A stretch of 64,000 bases of DNA from assembly GCA_965215185.1 (NCBI GenBank), contig OZ244034.1, forward strand, positions 992,001 to 1,056,000, given 5' to 3'. Under the pieces are notes generated by a model that was not told the origin of the DNA, did no database searches, and saw only the letters and a list, made by a program, of their open reading frames with translations. This DNA is from Acidimicrobiia bacterium (GTDB lineage: Bacteria > Actinomycetota > Acidimicrobiia > Spongiisociales > ZC4RG35). Below, piece after piece: positions 1-9,696 of this stretch; position 1 is the first letter of the stretch; every line of letters begins with the position of its first letter. Made by a program: the position numbers and the translations under genes.

Positions 1-202
1 AGAAGGCGAGATACTGAGCGACGAGTGGCTCATCCAACCCCAACTCATCGATCAATTGCATCCGCTGTTCGGGCGTGGCTTCTACTGGTAGCAGGACATC
101 CACCGGATTACCGGTCGATTGGCTCAACGCGAATACAACCACGCTGACACCCAGGAGGGTAACCAACGCTTGTAGTGCACGACTTGCTATAACTCTTGTC
201 AT
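1..202 (-). CDS. ABC peptide/nickel transporter permease (DppB/OppB-like), N-terminal part; runs off the window edge
   Basis: Not in the ORF track. Manual translation MTRVIASRALQALVTLLGVSVVVFALSQSTGNPVDVLLPVEATPEQRMQLIDELGLDEPLVAQYLAF matches the typical DppB N-terminus (GNPV, LGLDEPLxxQY). Confidence 0.88.
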   Translation of the reverse strand, partial: MTRVIASRALQALVTLLGVSVVVFALSQSTGNPVDVLLPVEATPEQRMQLIDELGLDEPLVAQYLAF

Positions 203-239
203 TATCGGAGTCTGTCAGTACTCGACGCGGGAGCTAGAA

Positions 240-1631
240 TCACGACTTCATACCTCGAGCCAGATATCTGCCGCTCGGGTTGTCTAACACCTCACCTTCC
301 GATACTGCCAAGTACCCACGCCTCACCACGTACTTTGGGAACCCTCTAGATGTGAGGCCTGTGTAAATCGAGTAGTCCGAGCGACCGTGCAGAGTGTGTG
401 GCCCTATCTCACGGGGTTCCCCCTCAATCGGGACGATCGCAAAATCGGCGTCGGCTCCAACTCGTATGGCACCTTTTCGAGGGAAGAGACCATATGCCTT
501 TGCGGCGTTCGTTGCTGTCAGCTCCGCCAACCTACATATGTCGAACCGACCCGTCTCAATGCCGAGTGCGTACGCTAGCGGAAGTAGGGCCTCCGACGAC
601 GTGATGCCACCGTAGGAGGCGTCGAATATGGCCGGTGTAGCTTGCTTCATAGCCTTCGTGCGAGGTGAGTGATCGCTTGAGAGCAAGTCAACGTGCCCCG
701 CGTCGACGGCGTCCCAGACTGCAGCCACATCCTCACTTCTGCGAAGCGGGGGGCCTATCTTCGCGAGGGAACCGTGCTTGAGAAGGGCGTCCTCCGTCAA
801 TATGAGGTAGTGCGGCTGCGTCTCGCTCCATACCCGTACTGAAGCCGCACCATCCTTGAGCCAAGAGAGCACGCGAACAGTCTCGGCTGCGGACAGGTGA
901 ACAAACAGCAGATCGCAGCCAGTGAGTTCGGCCAGCGCGGCTGCACGGAACATGCCTTCGGCTTCGAGTATTCCCGGCGAGCATCGCAGAAAGCCCTCAG
1001 GGTCAGTCGGGTCGCGTGCGTATTCGATATCGTGGTAGTACTTGGTTGCTCTCCCGTTCTCCGGGTGTATTAGGAGCAGACCATTGTGGGAGGCTACTGC
1101 CACCATCAACTCGACCAGTTCGTCATCTTCCAACATGGCGCCACGCACGTAGTACCCGAGAAAGGCCTTGTATGTGGTTACACCCAACCCGACGCCTGCA
1201 TCAACCACCTCGGTCAGCGGGTCTCCCGGAAGACACAGAGCGTTGATAGCGAAGTCGACCGCAGAATGCTCGGTCCCGAACTGGATTTGATATTTGACGG
1301 TGTCGATCAATCCCATCTCGGGTCCACGACTGACATAGGCTCCGACCGTCGTAACACCGCCCATGAGAGCCGCAGCGGTCGCCTGCTTCAGATCCTCGGC
1401 GAGAGGATCAATCGTGTGGAAACCACCCACCGATGTGTGAACATGCGGATCAACGACGCCGGGTAACACCCATGCTCCGCGAGCATCCACGACCGGACCC
1501 CCGGAAAAGTCAGATCCGATCGACTCGATGGACCCATCGACGACGAGGATGTCTGCGTCGACAACGCCAACTTCTGTCACAACACGGCCACCCTTGATGA
1601 TCACGGTGGCGTCATCCGAATCCCTGGACAC
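240..1631 (-). CDS. Cyclic amidohydrolase (dihydropyrimidinase/hydantoinase/allantoinase-like)
   Basis: LPGVVDPHVH metal motif, GGVTT, YKAF (carboxylated Lys position), VHLS, ETQPHYL, PPLR, SSDHSP, GADAD. Confidence 0.88.
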   Translation of the reverse strand: MSRDSDDATVIIKGGRVVTEVGVVDADILVVDGSIESIGSDFSGGPVVDARGAWVLPGVVDPHVHTSVGGFHTIDPLAEDLKQATAAALMGGVTTVGAYVSRGPEMGLIDTVKYQIQFGTEHSAVDFAINALCLPGDPLTEVVDAGVGLGVTTYKAFLGYYVRGAMLEDDELVELMVAVASHNGLLLIHPENGRATKYYHDIEYARDPTDPEGFLRCSPGILEAEGMFRAAALAELTGCDLLFVHLSAAETVRVLSWLKDGAASVRVWSETQPHYLILTEDALLKHGSLAKIGPPLRRSEDVAAVWDAVDAGHVDLLSSDHSPRTKAMKQATPAIFDASYGGITSSEALLPLAYALGIETGRFDICRLAELTATNAAKAYGLFPRKGAIRVGADADFAIVPIEGEPREIGPHTLHGRSDYSIYTGLTSRGFPKYVVRRGYLAVSEGEVLDNPSGRYLARGMKS

Positions 1632-1649
1632 ATCGAGCGTTGGGCTTGG

Positions 1650-3227
1650 TCATCCGTTCCGCAAGACTCGGCCCGGGAGAGCGCCGGTGTGCTCCCCATC
1701 GTCTATCACGAGGACACCATTGACCATGACGTGCGAAATCCCTAGAGGGAACTGGCGCGGACTCTCCAGGGTTGCCGGCGAGTGAATCTCGAGCGGATCG
1801 AATACGACCAGATCGGCTGCGAAGCCATTGCGCAGAATCCCTCGATCTTGGAGCCCAAGTCGCTGCGCCGGCAGGGAAGTAATTTTGCGAATCGCATCCG
1901 CCATCGACAAAAGCCCTTCGTCACGCACGAGATCACCGAGCACCTTCGGAAACGTGCCATAGGAACGCGGGCTGGGGTAGTCGCCCAAGAGAAGGGCATC
2001 GCTTCCGACCATGCATCTGGGGTGGGCCAGGATTTTCCTGTTGTTCGTGGCGTTGTTGGCGTACAGACCTACCTCTGAGATGCCAAGATTCTCGTCGAGT
2101 AAGAGATCGCATAGGGCATCAAGCGGATCTTTTGCCAGCTCGTCCGCAATCTGGCCGATGGTCATCCCTTCAAGCTTCTTGTTCTGAGGCTTACGAAACC
2201 CGCCCAGGGTGATTCCGTCGCCCGCTCGCCAGCGAGCTGCCCGCGGATCAGTTTCCTGACGCATGCGACTGCGAACCTTCGGATCGCGGAGCCTCGCGAG
2301 AAGGGCTTGCGGCCCACCCTCATGCGTCCATTCGGGGATCATCACCAGAGCACGGCTGCCAGTGTGTACGTACGGGTAGGCATCGAATGTCACATCAACG
2401 CCGTCGGCAGTTGCCTCCTCCACCAGCCTGAGCAAGGGACGGAACTGGCCGTTGCGCTTCCAAGTGCTGGCGAAGTGCGAGACATGGACCGGCACTCCCG
2501 TTCTTCTCCCGACGTCGAGTGCCTCAAGGTTGGGATCGATGAAGCCATCGCCAGATCCGTAACGAATGTGAGTGACGTACACACCTCCCATGTCGCGGAC
2601 AACCTCGCAGAGCGCTGCTATCTCATCCGACGTCGCATAGCTGCCTGGTGGGTAGGTGAGCCCGGTGGACATGCCAAATGCGCCGTCACGCATCCCAGAA
2701 CGCAGCAATTCCAGCATCTTCTTTGCCTCGGAGTCCGAGGGAGGACGGTTATTCCAGCCAACGGACGAGATTCGAAGAGGAGCATTCCCTATGACATACG
2801 CAATGTTGACGGCAACTCGTCGATCGTATTGAGAAAGGTACTCGTCGACGGTGAGCCATTGCGGGTTCTCGGGCAAGTGACCATCTAGGCCCCCGTTGAG
2901 CATCCCCCAGTGACGAAGGTCCTCCGCAGAAAGGAAGGGGGCGTAGGAATTGCCATCAACACCAATCAACTCGGTGGTGACACCCTGGCGCACCTTTGGC
3001 TCGTGCTCCGGATGCTTGAGGATGACCATCGTTGAGTGGGCGTGCATATCGACGAAACCCGGGCACACTATCTTGCCTGTAGCATCGATCACGCGCTTTG
3101 CCTTCAGACTTGAGGTGTCACCCGAGATAAGTTGCACCTTGGCCTTCTCAATGGCAACGGAGGCGCCGAACCAATCTGAACCTGTACCGTCGTAGACTCT
3201 ACCGTTCTTGATGAGAGTTTCGACCAT
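1650..3227 (-). CDS. N-acyl-D-amino-acid deacylase (D-aminoacylase family)
   Basis: PGFVDMHAHS, QGVTTE, GMSTGLTYPPG, THIR, SHF, GSDA, YGTFPKVLG, ADLVVFDP. Start moved to MVETLIKNG, which overlaps the upstream stop (TGATG). Confidence 0.88.
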   Translation of the reverse strand: MVETLIKNGRVYDGTGSDWFGASVAIEKAKVQLISGDTSSLKAKRVIDATGKIVCPGFVDMHAHSTMVILKHPEHEPKVRQGVTTELIGVDGNSYAPFLSAEDLRHWGMLNGGLDGHLPENPQWLTVDEYLSQYDRRVAVNIAYVIGNAPLRISSVGWNNRPPSDSEAKKMLELLRSGMRDGAFGMSTGLTYPPGSYATSDEIAALCEVVRDMGGVYVTHIRYGSGDGFIDPNLEALDVGRRTGVPVHVSHFASTWKRNGQFRPLLRLVEEATADGVDVTFDAYPYVHTGSRALVMIPEWTHEGGPQALLARLRDPKVRSRMRQETDPRAARWRAGDGITLGGFRKPQNKKLEGMTIGQIADELAKDPLDALCDLLLDENLGISEVGLYANNATNNRKILAHPRCMVGSDALLLGDYPSPRSYGTFPKVLGDLVRDEGLLSMADAIRKITSLPAQRLGLQDRGILRNGFAADLVVFDPLEIHSPATLESPRQFPLGISHVMVNGVLVIDDGEHTGALPGRVLRNG

Positions 3228-3457
3228 CAGGTCCCGACCCTCGACAGTGCTGATCCGAGGTGATTCACTACGCGTCCCAGGCTCTCGGCATACGTGGCGA
3301 TATCGCCAGAGTCCATGGGGTAGATTGGATAAGGTCGCCAATAGATGCTAGATCGAGTGTCCCCGCCCGGCAGGACACGTGCGGCTCGCTCCCAGAGCGC
3401 TCGAGACCCGGGGGTGATTTGGCGGTAACGTTCCATCTCTGGAATAGCTGGGCTCAT
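3227..3457 (-). pseudogene. Internally deleted class-III aminotransferase (glutamate-1-semialdehyde aminomutase-like) remnant
   Basis: 76 aa. N-terminus TPGSRALWERAARVLPGGDTRSSIYWRPYPIY is typical of this family and is joined to a C-terminal-like segment PMDSGDIATYAESLGRV; the catalytic core is absent. GGAGG RBS upstream. Confidence 0.65.
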
Positions 3458-3560
3458 CCGACCAGACCTCCTATTCAGGATGGAAAACCTACCTCAATGT
3501 GAGTTGAGGATAGTGGTTCCATGAACTCTTATGTCGACTTTGAGGTAGTCGTTGTGTAGG

Positions 3561-3585
3561 TGAGCCGCCCAGGTTCATCGGAGAG
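3561..3585 (+). mobile_element. Isolated IS3-family terminal inverted-repeat remnant
   Basis: tgagccgcccaggttcatcggagag resembles the IS6110-type end TGAACCGCCCCGG..CCGGAGAC and the end at 9421-9440. Confidence 0.45.
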
Positions 3586-3660
3586 TGTTTGTTCGGGTCC
3601 AGCCGGGTTCACGTCTCGATCTTCTCTGATACTCCGCAGGGCGGATGCGGCCTAGCTGGG

Positions 3661-4803
3661 TCAGGTCTGCTTGGCGCGACTACTCAACTCCACTGCAAGC
3701 GCGAGACCGGCTGCGACAAGCACAAAGCCTGCGGCTGTCACCCACGCGAAACGATATGAGAATTGATCGATCAGAAAACCGAAGAGTGGCGGCCCGATAC
3801 CGCCGCCGACATAGAACCCGACCTGGGTCACCCCTGTGGCACGAGCGGGAGCTTTCAGATTCCTGTCAACTACCGCGTGAGCTAGAAGCCCGGACCAACC
3901 CAAAACCCCCCCGAACGAGATCATGGCCCCGACGAGGACAAGCGTTGGTTGCTCCGTGCTAAGCAGCAAATATCCTACGCTACCAACAGTCAGAAGCCAC
4001 ACTATGCCAATGTAACCTTGGGTTGACCGGCGATCGGCTAACCATCCCCACATGACTCGCATGGCAATAGCTGAAGCACCGCCTGCGGCGAGTAAGAATC
4101 CGGCAGAAGCCGCACCGATGCCCGTTGCGACAGCGAAAGAGACCAGGAAGGCGCTAAGGGCAGACCCGCTGGCCATCGCCAGAATGGTTGCCAATACCAG
4201 CACGATAAGTTCCTTCGGGGGACTGCCTCCGCCATCTTTTGCAGGAGGGTTGCTGAACCCCGTGAATGATTTCGGCAGCCGTGCCCATAGGAGAGTCGCA
4301 CCGCCTGCTGCGATGGCGAAGGCCCAGCGCCAGCCGATGGTCACGGCAACCGTCGGCACCGCTAATCCCGCCAACAAGGCGGCGAGCGGAATGGCAGCGT
4401 GCTTGATGCCTAGTACCGTGGCCCGGTTGCCTGCAGGCACAGTTCGCGTGATGAAGAGATTCGTAGAAGTCTGCGCTAGTGCGAACCCCAGCCCGGTTCC
4501 GATTAGGAAGCCTGCGTACAGGACGGGACTTCTCCCGCCCAGCGCGACACCGACAAGGGATACAAGAGTGAGAATCACAGCCCATCGCATTGACATCGCT
4601 GGGCGTCTTTCGGCAGCTCGGCCCAGTGCTGGCGATGCCAAAGCAGCGCTGACATGGAACGCGCTCAACATTATACCGAATCCAGCAGGACCGAGCCCGA
4701 ATTCGGCGCGTATCTGAACGCCCATGGCACCGGTTAGGTATACCGGTACAGCAGCGAGCGCGACCACGCTTGAGGCGACTGTCGTAACCCGAGCCCGCCT
4801 CAT
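3661..4803 (-). CDS. MFS transporter
   Basis: About 12 hydrophobic segments; motif-A-like GRAAER and GWLADRR; GWRWAF; GFLIDQFSY. Confidence 0.88.
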   Translation of the reverse strand: MRRARVTTVASSVVALAAVPVYLTGAMGVQIRAEFGLGPAGFGIMLSAFHVSAALASPALGRAAERRPAMSMRWAVILTLVSLVGVALGGRSPVLYAGFLIGTGLGFALAQTSTNLFITRTVPAGNRATVLGIKHAAIPLAALLAGLAVPTVAVTIGWRWAFAIAAGGATLLWARLPKSFTGFSNPPAKDGGGSPPKELIVLVLATILAMASGSALSAFLVSFAVATGIGAASAGFLLAAGGASAIAMRVMWGWLADRRSTQGYIGIVWLLTVGSVGYLLLSTEQPTLVLVGAMISFGGVLGWSGLLAHAVVDRNLKAPARATGVTQVGFYVGGGIGPPLFGFLIDQFSYRFAWVTAAGFVLVAAGLALAVELSSRAKQT

Positions 4804-4924
4804 TTAGGCACGGCAGAGGGTACTGTTCGCGGACCCTTCGGGTCTAGTCACGCCGTAGCCGCGACGCCGATTCACGACCGTACACCCTCTTCGTGTGAAG
4901 GTGTCATACCACGCGCCAACGATT

Positions 4925-5740
4925 TCACTCCATGTGGTTGGCGAAATAGATCCGCTCGGCGGTAGCCCCCAAGACCGCGGCCATCTCATCAGCGTTCAGC
5001 AAGCGCCCAAGGTACTCCCGCAGGTACCCGAAGACGTTCGAATATCCTTCCCAATCCGAGCAGCGAGGATGGTCAGAGCCGACCATTACCCGATCCGGCC
5101 CGAAAGCATCGAGGGCCATGTCGATGAAGGGTGGGATAGCGTCAAAGTCATATGGTGGACTGCGGTGAGGGACCGGTCTGGGAACGAACTCGCCGATCCC
5201 AGGCAATTTCAAAAAGACATTGGCGTATCGATTCAGCGCCAGGATCCGCTTGAAGTCAGCATAAGGAGGATCCGGGTCATTGGCGATAAACCCGAGGTGT
5301 TCGATGATGAATGGCATCTGCGGAAAGCGTTCTACCAATCCGGTGTATTCGTCGGACACGAATCCCTTCATGGCATCAGGGCCATGCAAAGCCCACAGGT
5401 CCACCAACATGCCCAACGTGTTCGCCTTCTTCCAAACAGCGAGCGGATCTTTGCCTGCTGACTTCTGCATCGGCGTGAGCCGGACCCCTATCACACCAAG
5501 GCCGGCCCAGTATTCGAGCTTCTCCAGGCAGTCTGGTGCAGAAGTGTCGACAGCGCCCACGATGGCAAACCGCCCCGGGAATCGGTCGGAACACTCGACA
5601 AGATAGCTGTTGTCATAGTTGGTGGATAGCTGAACCAATACAGCTTTGTCGACATCGGCTCGCGCCATCTGGAACAGGAGTACCTCAACCGGTTCAAACC
5701 ATGTATCGAGGACATGGCAGTGGGTATCTATAGTGAGCAT
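4925..5740 (-). CDS. Amidohydrolase family 2 protein (lactonase/decarboxylase-like)
   Basis: IDTHCHV, IIEHLG, VFLKLPG, FGPDRVMVGSDHP, GATAERIY. Confidence 0.85.
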   Translation of the reverse strand: MLTIDTHCHVLDTWFEPVEVLLFQMARADVDKAVLVQLSTNYDNSYLVECSDRFPGRFAIVGAVDTSAPDCLEKLEYWAGLGVIGVRLTPMQKSAGKDPLAVWKKANTLGMLVDLWALHGPDAMKGFVSDEYTGLVERFPQMPFIIEHLGFIANDPDPPYADFKRILALNRYANVFLKLPGIGEFVPRPVPHRSPPYDFDAIPPFIDMALDAFGPDRVMVGSDHPRCSDWEGYSNVFGYLREYLGRLLNADEMAAVLGATAERIYFANHME

Positions 5741-5757
5741 CGGAGTGACTGTTTAGG

Positions 5758-6756
5758 TCACCAGCCCTGCGCGAGGAAGTCAATCAGTGCCTTGTCGGCT
5801 GCGGTATAGAGGCAATCTACCCCTGCATCTTCGTATGCGCGCAGCCGCTCTCTCACGTCATCATCGTCCCCGTAACAACCGATATTCTCTATGATCTCGT
5901 CGGGAACGAGCTTGGACGCCTCCACAATGGCGCTTCGGCTCGCCGGCCAACCGCCCACTACGTCTCGGATTCGATCAGCCAACTCCGGTTCGATTCCGGT
6001 AGGTCCCGCAACGTGTGGTTGCTGCGCGATGAACTGTGTGACGACGACCTTGTCCTGAGCGATGGCGGTCGGCTTGTCGTTTGTAAGGCGAATGGTGCAT
6101 GGCTGCACGATATCTATGTCGTCGAGGCTGCGGCCTGCTGCCTCGGCCCCCACCAGTACCTGTTGAACCTCGTTCCGCGTGGCTTCAACAGTGTGACTGC
6201 TGTTCAGGACCACACCGTCGGCAAGGCGACCGGCCAGTCTGAGCATCTGCGGTCCGACGGCGGCCAAGTAGATCGGAACATGGTGTGGACCAGTTGAACT
6301 GTGGTCGAGGAACACATCATCGAACCGTACATATTCGCCCTCATACGTGACCGGTTCCCTGCGTTCAAGCAGAAGTCGAATCGCTTCGACGTATTCACGG
6401 GCCGCTCGGATAAGTTTGGTCCCGCGGTCAATGCCAACCTTCGTGGCGATCGGATCCCACCATACACCTAGACCGAGAATTATCCTCCCCGGCGCTAGGA
6501 AGTCCAAGGTAGCAAAGGTCTGTGCGATTAGGGCTGGATTGCGAGTCCAGATGGGGAGCACACCACATCCGACCCTGACATTCTCCGTGTTCGCCGCATA
6601 TACGGCCATCGGAGTTATCGCATCACTGGTGAGACGCCCTTCAGCCATCCAAACTGAATCCACACCAACGTCATCAGCGTATTGAGCCAGATCAATATTG
6701 TTGCGAATTCCGGCACCCGGTAGCTTGATTCCGAATCTCTTGGGTAGGTCGTTCAT
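5758..6756 (-). CDS. LLM-class flavin/F420-dependent oxidoreductase (Mer-like)
   Basis: DSVWMAE, TRNPALIAQTFATLD, PGRIILGLG, PIYLAAVGPQMLRLAGRLADG. Confidence 0.9.
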   Translation of the reverse strand: MNDLPKRFGIKLPGAGIRNNIDLAQYADDVGVDSVWMAEGRLTSDAITPMAVYAANTENVRVGCGVLPIWTRNPALIAQTFATLDFLAPGRIILGLGVWWDPIATKVGIDRGTKLIRAAREYVEAIRLLLERREPVTYEGEYVRFDDVFLDHSSTGPHHVPIYLAAVGPQMLRLAGRLADGVVLNSSHTVEATRNEVQQVLVGAEAAGRSLDDIDIVQPCTIRLTNDKPTAIAQDKVVVTQFIAQQPHVAGPTGIEPELADRIRDVVGGWPASRSAIVEASKLVPDEIIENIGCYGDDDDVRERLRAYEDAGVDCLYTAADKALIDFLAQGW

Positions 6757-6793
6757 CAGGCTACGCCTTCTCCGGCTTAGCAGTGACTGGTCG

Positions 6794-8548
6794 TCACGGC
6801 CGGAGGGTCTCGAAGTTCACGGCCGCTATAGATCCGTTGGTTGGTGACCAACTGGCTATCCGAGGACCCTTACCCCAAATCATGTCTGTAGTGGCGATAG
6901 GAAGCACAGCGAAGGTGTCGTAGATCAGATGGACGGCGCTGCCGGCGAGATCGGCTCTCTTCCCAGGGTCAACTTCAGATCGGTATTGACCGTAGATATC
7001 GTCGAGTACAGGATCGCCGAGAGCCGAGTAGAAGCCACCGATATCCTTGCTGATGACCCCGATCCTTAGGGCGTTCTCTGTGGTTGTGCCAGCTGTAACG
7101 AACCAAAGGTGCGTGAAGGGCTCGGTGAAGTACGGAGCCTCGAGGAAATTCGGACGGATAGTGGCGAAGTCTGTGGGCCTCAACTGAGGGCTAAGCCCGG
7201 CTATGCTCCAAAAGGCTGCAACAGCTTCTTGTATCTGCGGGAACTCCGGTGTTGCGCCGAACGCGTATTGGTACATCGTGATCTCTTGGCCGACTAGCCC
7301 CAGATCTTGAATTGCTTGCGCGGCAGCAGCGGGATCGTACACGTATGGCGTCAGGCTAGGGTCGTGCCCTTCCTGGCTCGGAACCGCTGCGAAGCTGGCG
7401 GCTGGTGTCGCTGTCCCCTCAGGGTAAATGGCGGATACGATCGCTGCGACATCAACCGCTTTGATCAGAGCTTCGCGGGCAGCTTGGTTGTTGTAAAAGA
7501 ACTCGGTCTTCCAGGGCATACCAAACGCGAGACTCAATGTCTGGACGCGTTTCGGTCCGGCAATTTCCAGGCCGGCCGCCAACACGTCGGGGGCCGTAAA
7601 CGGGTGCATCAACGCAAGATCGGCGTCTCCGCGCTCGAGCAGAGCCAATCGGCTGGTCGCTTCAGGAGCGAGGATTATGCGAAGAGTCTCGAATCCGGGT
7701 ACCCGGTCAGGGTTCCAATATTCGGTGTTCGCCTTGAACTCGACGAACTCTCCAATGGCGCGATCGCTGAAGACATAGGGTCCGCTTCCGAGAGGATTCG
7801 CGTTGAACCCGTCGGCACCCCCCATTGCTTCCCAATGGTGCTTCGGGATGATGGCAAGAGTGTCATTCACTCTGGTCAGGTCGCGAAGGAACAGGGCGTT
7901 TGGCTCCTTGAAGGTCACTTCGAGGCTGTATTTGCCCGTGACAACGGCAGAATCGAAGTTCTTCTGCATCTTTCCACAGGAGGTGCAGGCAGAGTCCTCA
8001 CCCGCGTACAAGTCGAAACTGAATGCGACGTCCTCAGCGGTAACCTCCACACCGTCGTGGAATGTCATGCCCTCGCGGAGTGTGATCGTCCAAACCTTGG
8101 CGTCCGGGGAGGATTCGACAGCCGTGGCTGCACCGGTTTCGGTCGTCGGGTTTCCGTTCGCATCCATACCCATGAGGAAATCAAAGGAGTTGCCCCAGTA
8201 CAACATGTCGGGGTTTCCGGACCGGGTCGGATCAAGGAGTTCATTGCCGAAGGTTGGAATCGCGACGGTCACGGTCCCTGTGGGCCCAGCTTCCGCTGGG
8301 CCAAGGGTGGTAGACGTTGTTGAAGTCGGCGGCGCGGTCGTTGTTGAAGTCGGCGGCGCGGTCGTCGCAGCCGACTCTGCGGTTGTGGCCTCCGGCGCAG
8401 TGGACGCGGTGGTAGGTGCAGCGGTAGTCGGTGCTTGGGTTTGGGCGGTTGCAGTGGTGGCGGAGGTTGAGGGTGTGTCCGTATCACCGCCTCCACAAGC
8501 AGCGACCATAACCAGGAGTGAGGACAAGAGAGCCAGGTACCGTCGCAT
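6794..8548 (-). CDS. ABC transporter substrate-binding lipoprotein, family 5 (Dpp/Opp)
   Basis: Lipobox VAAC, Thr-rich linker, LREGMTFHDG, GSGPY, FKANTEYW. Confidence 0.9.
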   Translation of the reverse strand: MRRYLALLSSLLVMVAACGGGDTDTPSTSATTATAQTQAPTTAAPTTASTAPEATTAESAATTAPPTSTTTAPPTSTTSTTLGPAEAGPTGTVTVAIPTFGNELLDPTRSGNPDMLYWGNSFDFLMGMDANGNPTTETGAATAVESSPDAKVWTITLREGMTFHDGVEVTAEDVAFSFDLYAGEDSACTSCGKMQKNFDSAVVTGKYSLEVTFKEPNALFLRDLTRVNDTLAIIPKHHWEAMGGADGFNANPLGSGPYVFSDRAIGEFVEFKANTEYWNPDRVPGFETLRIILAPEATSRLALLERGDADLALMHPFTAPDVLAAGLEIAGPKRVQTLSLAFGMPWKTEFFYNNQAAREALIKAVDVAAIVSAIYPEGTATPAASFAAVPSQEGHDPSLTPYVYDPAAAAQAIQDLGLVGQEITMYQYAFGATPEFPQIQEAVAAFWSIAGLSPQLRPTDFATIRPNFLEAPYFTEPFTHLWFVTAGTTTENALRIGVISKDIGGFYSALGDPVLDDIYGQYRSEVDPGKRADLAGSAVHLIYDTFAVLPIATTDMIWGKGPRIASWSPTNGSIAAVNFETLRP

Positions 8549-8618
8549 GATTCAGTTCTCCATTTCGGGATCGCGTCAACCGAACCCTAGCAGCAGCAAT
8601 CGGATCCTGGCTTAACCA

Positions 8619-8740
8619 GATGCTTCTATATTTTACAAATCGATGCTTGATGGCTCTTCGATGCTCCTATGTTTTACAAATCGGGGGTGAGCCAGTGTTG
8701 GTATAGGGTGGCGAGGTGATGCTTCTTTTATTCAAAATCG
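8619..8740. repeat. Three imperfect 23-24 bp direct repeats (gatgctyct..ttttacaaatcg-like)
   Basis: Copies at 8619-8642, 8660-8683 (2 mismatches to the first) and 8718-8740 (more degenerate). Confidence 0.7.
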
Positions 8741-8841
8741 TGTTTTTCGGGGTGGTGGGTGTTTCGGTGTTGAGGTTCCCCCGTTTTGGCTGGTTTTTTG
8801 GTAGGTTTTGGTTGGTTGTGGGGTTGGCGGGTTTCGAGGAG

Positions 8842-9440
8842 TCGGCGTGGACCCGCCGCGCTCCGTAGGTGCCGCGTGATTGTTGGTGTATCTGAGAGAT
8901 GAGGTCGGTAAGCCACGCATGCCGTATGGCACGGGCCGACGGTGGACGGGACCGCCAGTCGTAGAACGCGGACTCTGACACTCCCAGCACCCGGCAAGCC
9001 ACCTGTGTGGACAATCCTTCGGTTCTCATGGTGCGGATCGCCTCGTACCGTCTTTTGGGGACACCACCTTGGCTTTCAACAGCTCAATAGCTCGTTTAGT
9101 CACAGCCAACTCTGTCACCCGACTCGGCGATCCGGTGGCGAGCGGCCTGCAGTTCGGCCTTCTCCACCGAAGTCGGACCCGGCTCCAGACCGCGGTCAAT
9201 CCTGTCTTGACGTCGCCAGTTGCAGATCGTCTGTATCGGACACTCCAAGATCCTCTGACAACGACGCTACGGACCTGCCCGCTGCAAGCAGGTCCAGCAC
9301 CCTCCGACGGAACCGGGCGGACATTTCGATAAGGCATGAAGACCCTCCTCTCTGGGTCCAGTCATACCACCAATTCCAAATATCCCGACTCCGCAAAAGT
9401 GGGGGCACACCTCGCTCTTCGGTAAACCCGGGGCGGTTCA
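8842..9440 (-). mobile_element. Degenerate IS3-family element (frameshifted orfA, truncated orfB, left IR)
   Basis: IR tgaaccgccccgggtttacc at 9440-9421; orfA pieces FRRRVLDLLAAGRSVASLSEDLGVS and ELAVTKRAIELLK; orfB start VACRVLGVSESAFYDWRSRPPSARAIRHAWL...SRGTYGARRVHA. Confidence 0.85.
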
Positions 9441-9459
9441 GAGCATCAAAGAGCCGGTA

Positions 9460-9650
9460 AAGGGGCGGTATCGGATCATGGTCCTGGTGCGAGGCCAGTC
9501 GGAGTTGGTGGCGGAGTATCGCCGGGCCCGGCCGTGTCGTGTGCTGTTGGTGGACGAGACCTCGATCCGCCGCCGGCATCGGTATGTGACCGTGGTTGCG
9601 TGCGGTGGCAGCGGCAAGGTGTTGGCGAAGATCCCAGGCCGAACGAAGCG
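9460..9650 (+). mobile_element. ISL3-family transposase fragment
   Basis: RPCRVLLVDETSIRRRHRYVTVV...GKVLAKIPGRTK resembles the first catalytic-Asp region of ISL3 DDE transposases. Confidence 0.7.
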
Positions 9651-9696
9651 GTCCGATTGGGTCGCGCCTGATGGCTACGCTGAGTACCATCGGGGT

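Noticed and set aside
8316-8363. 24-bp tandem repeat
   Set aside because: Encodes the ordinary Thr/Pro linker (TTAPPTST) of the lipoprotein.
8619-8740. Possible mini CRISPR array
   Set aside because: Only three degenerate repeats with unequal spacers (17 and 34 bp) and no cas genes in the window.
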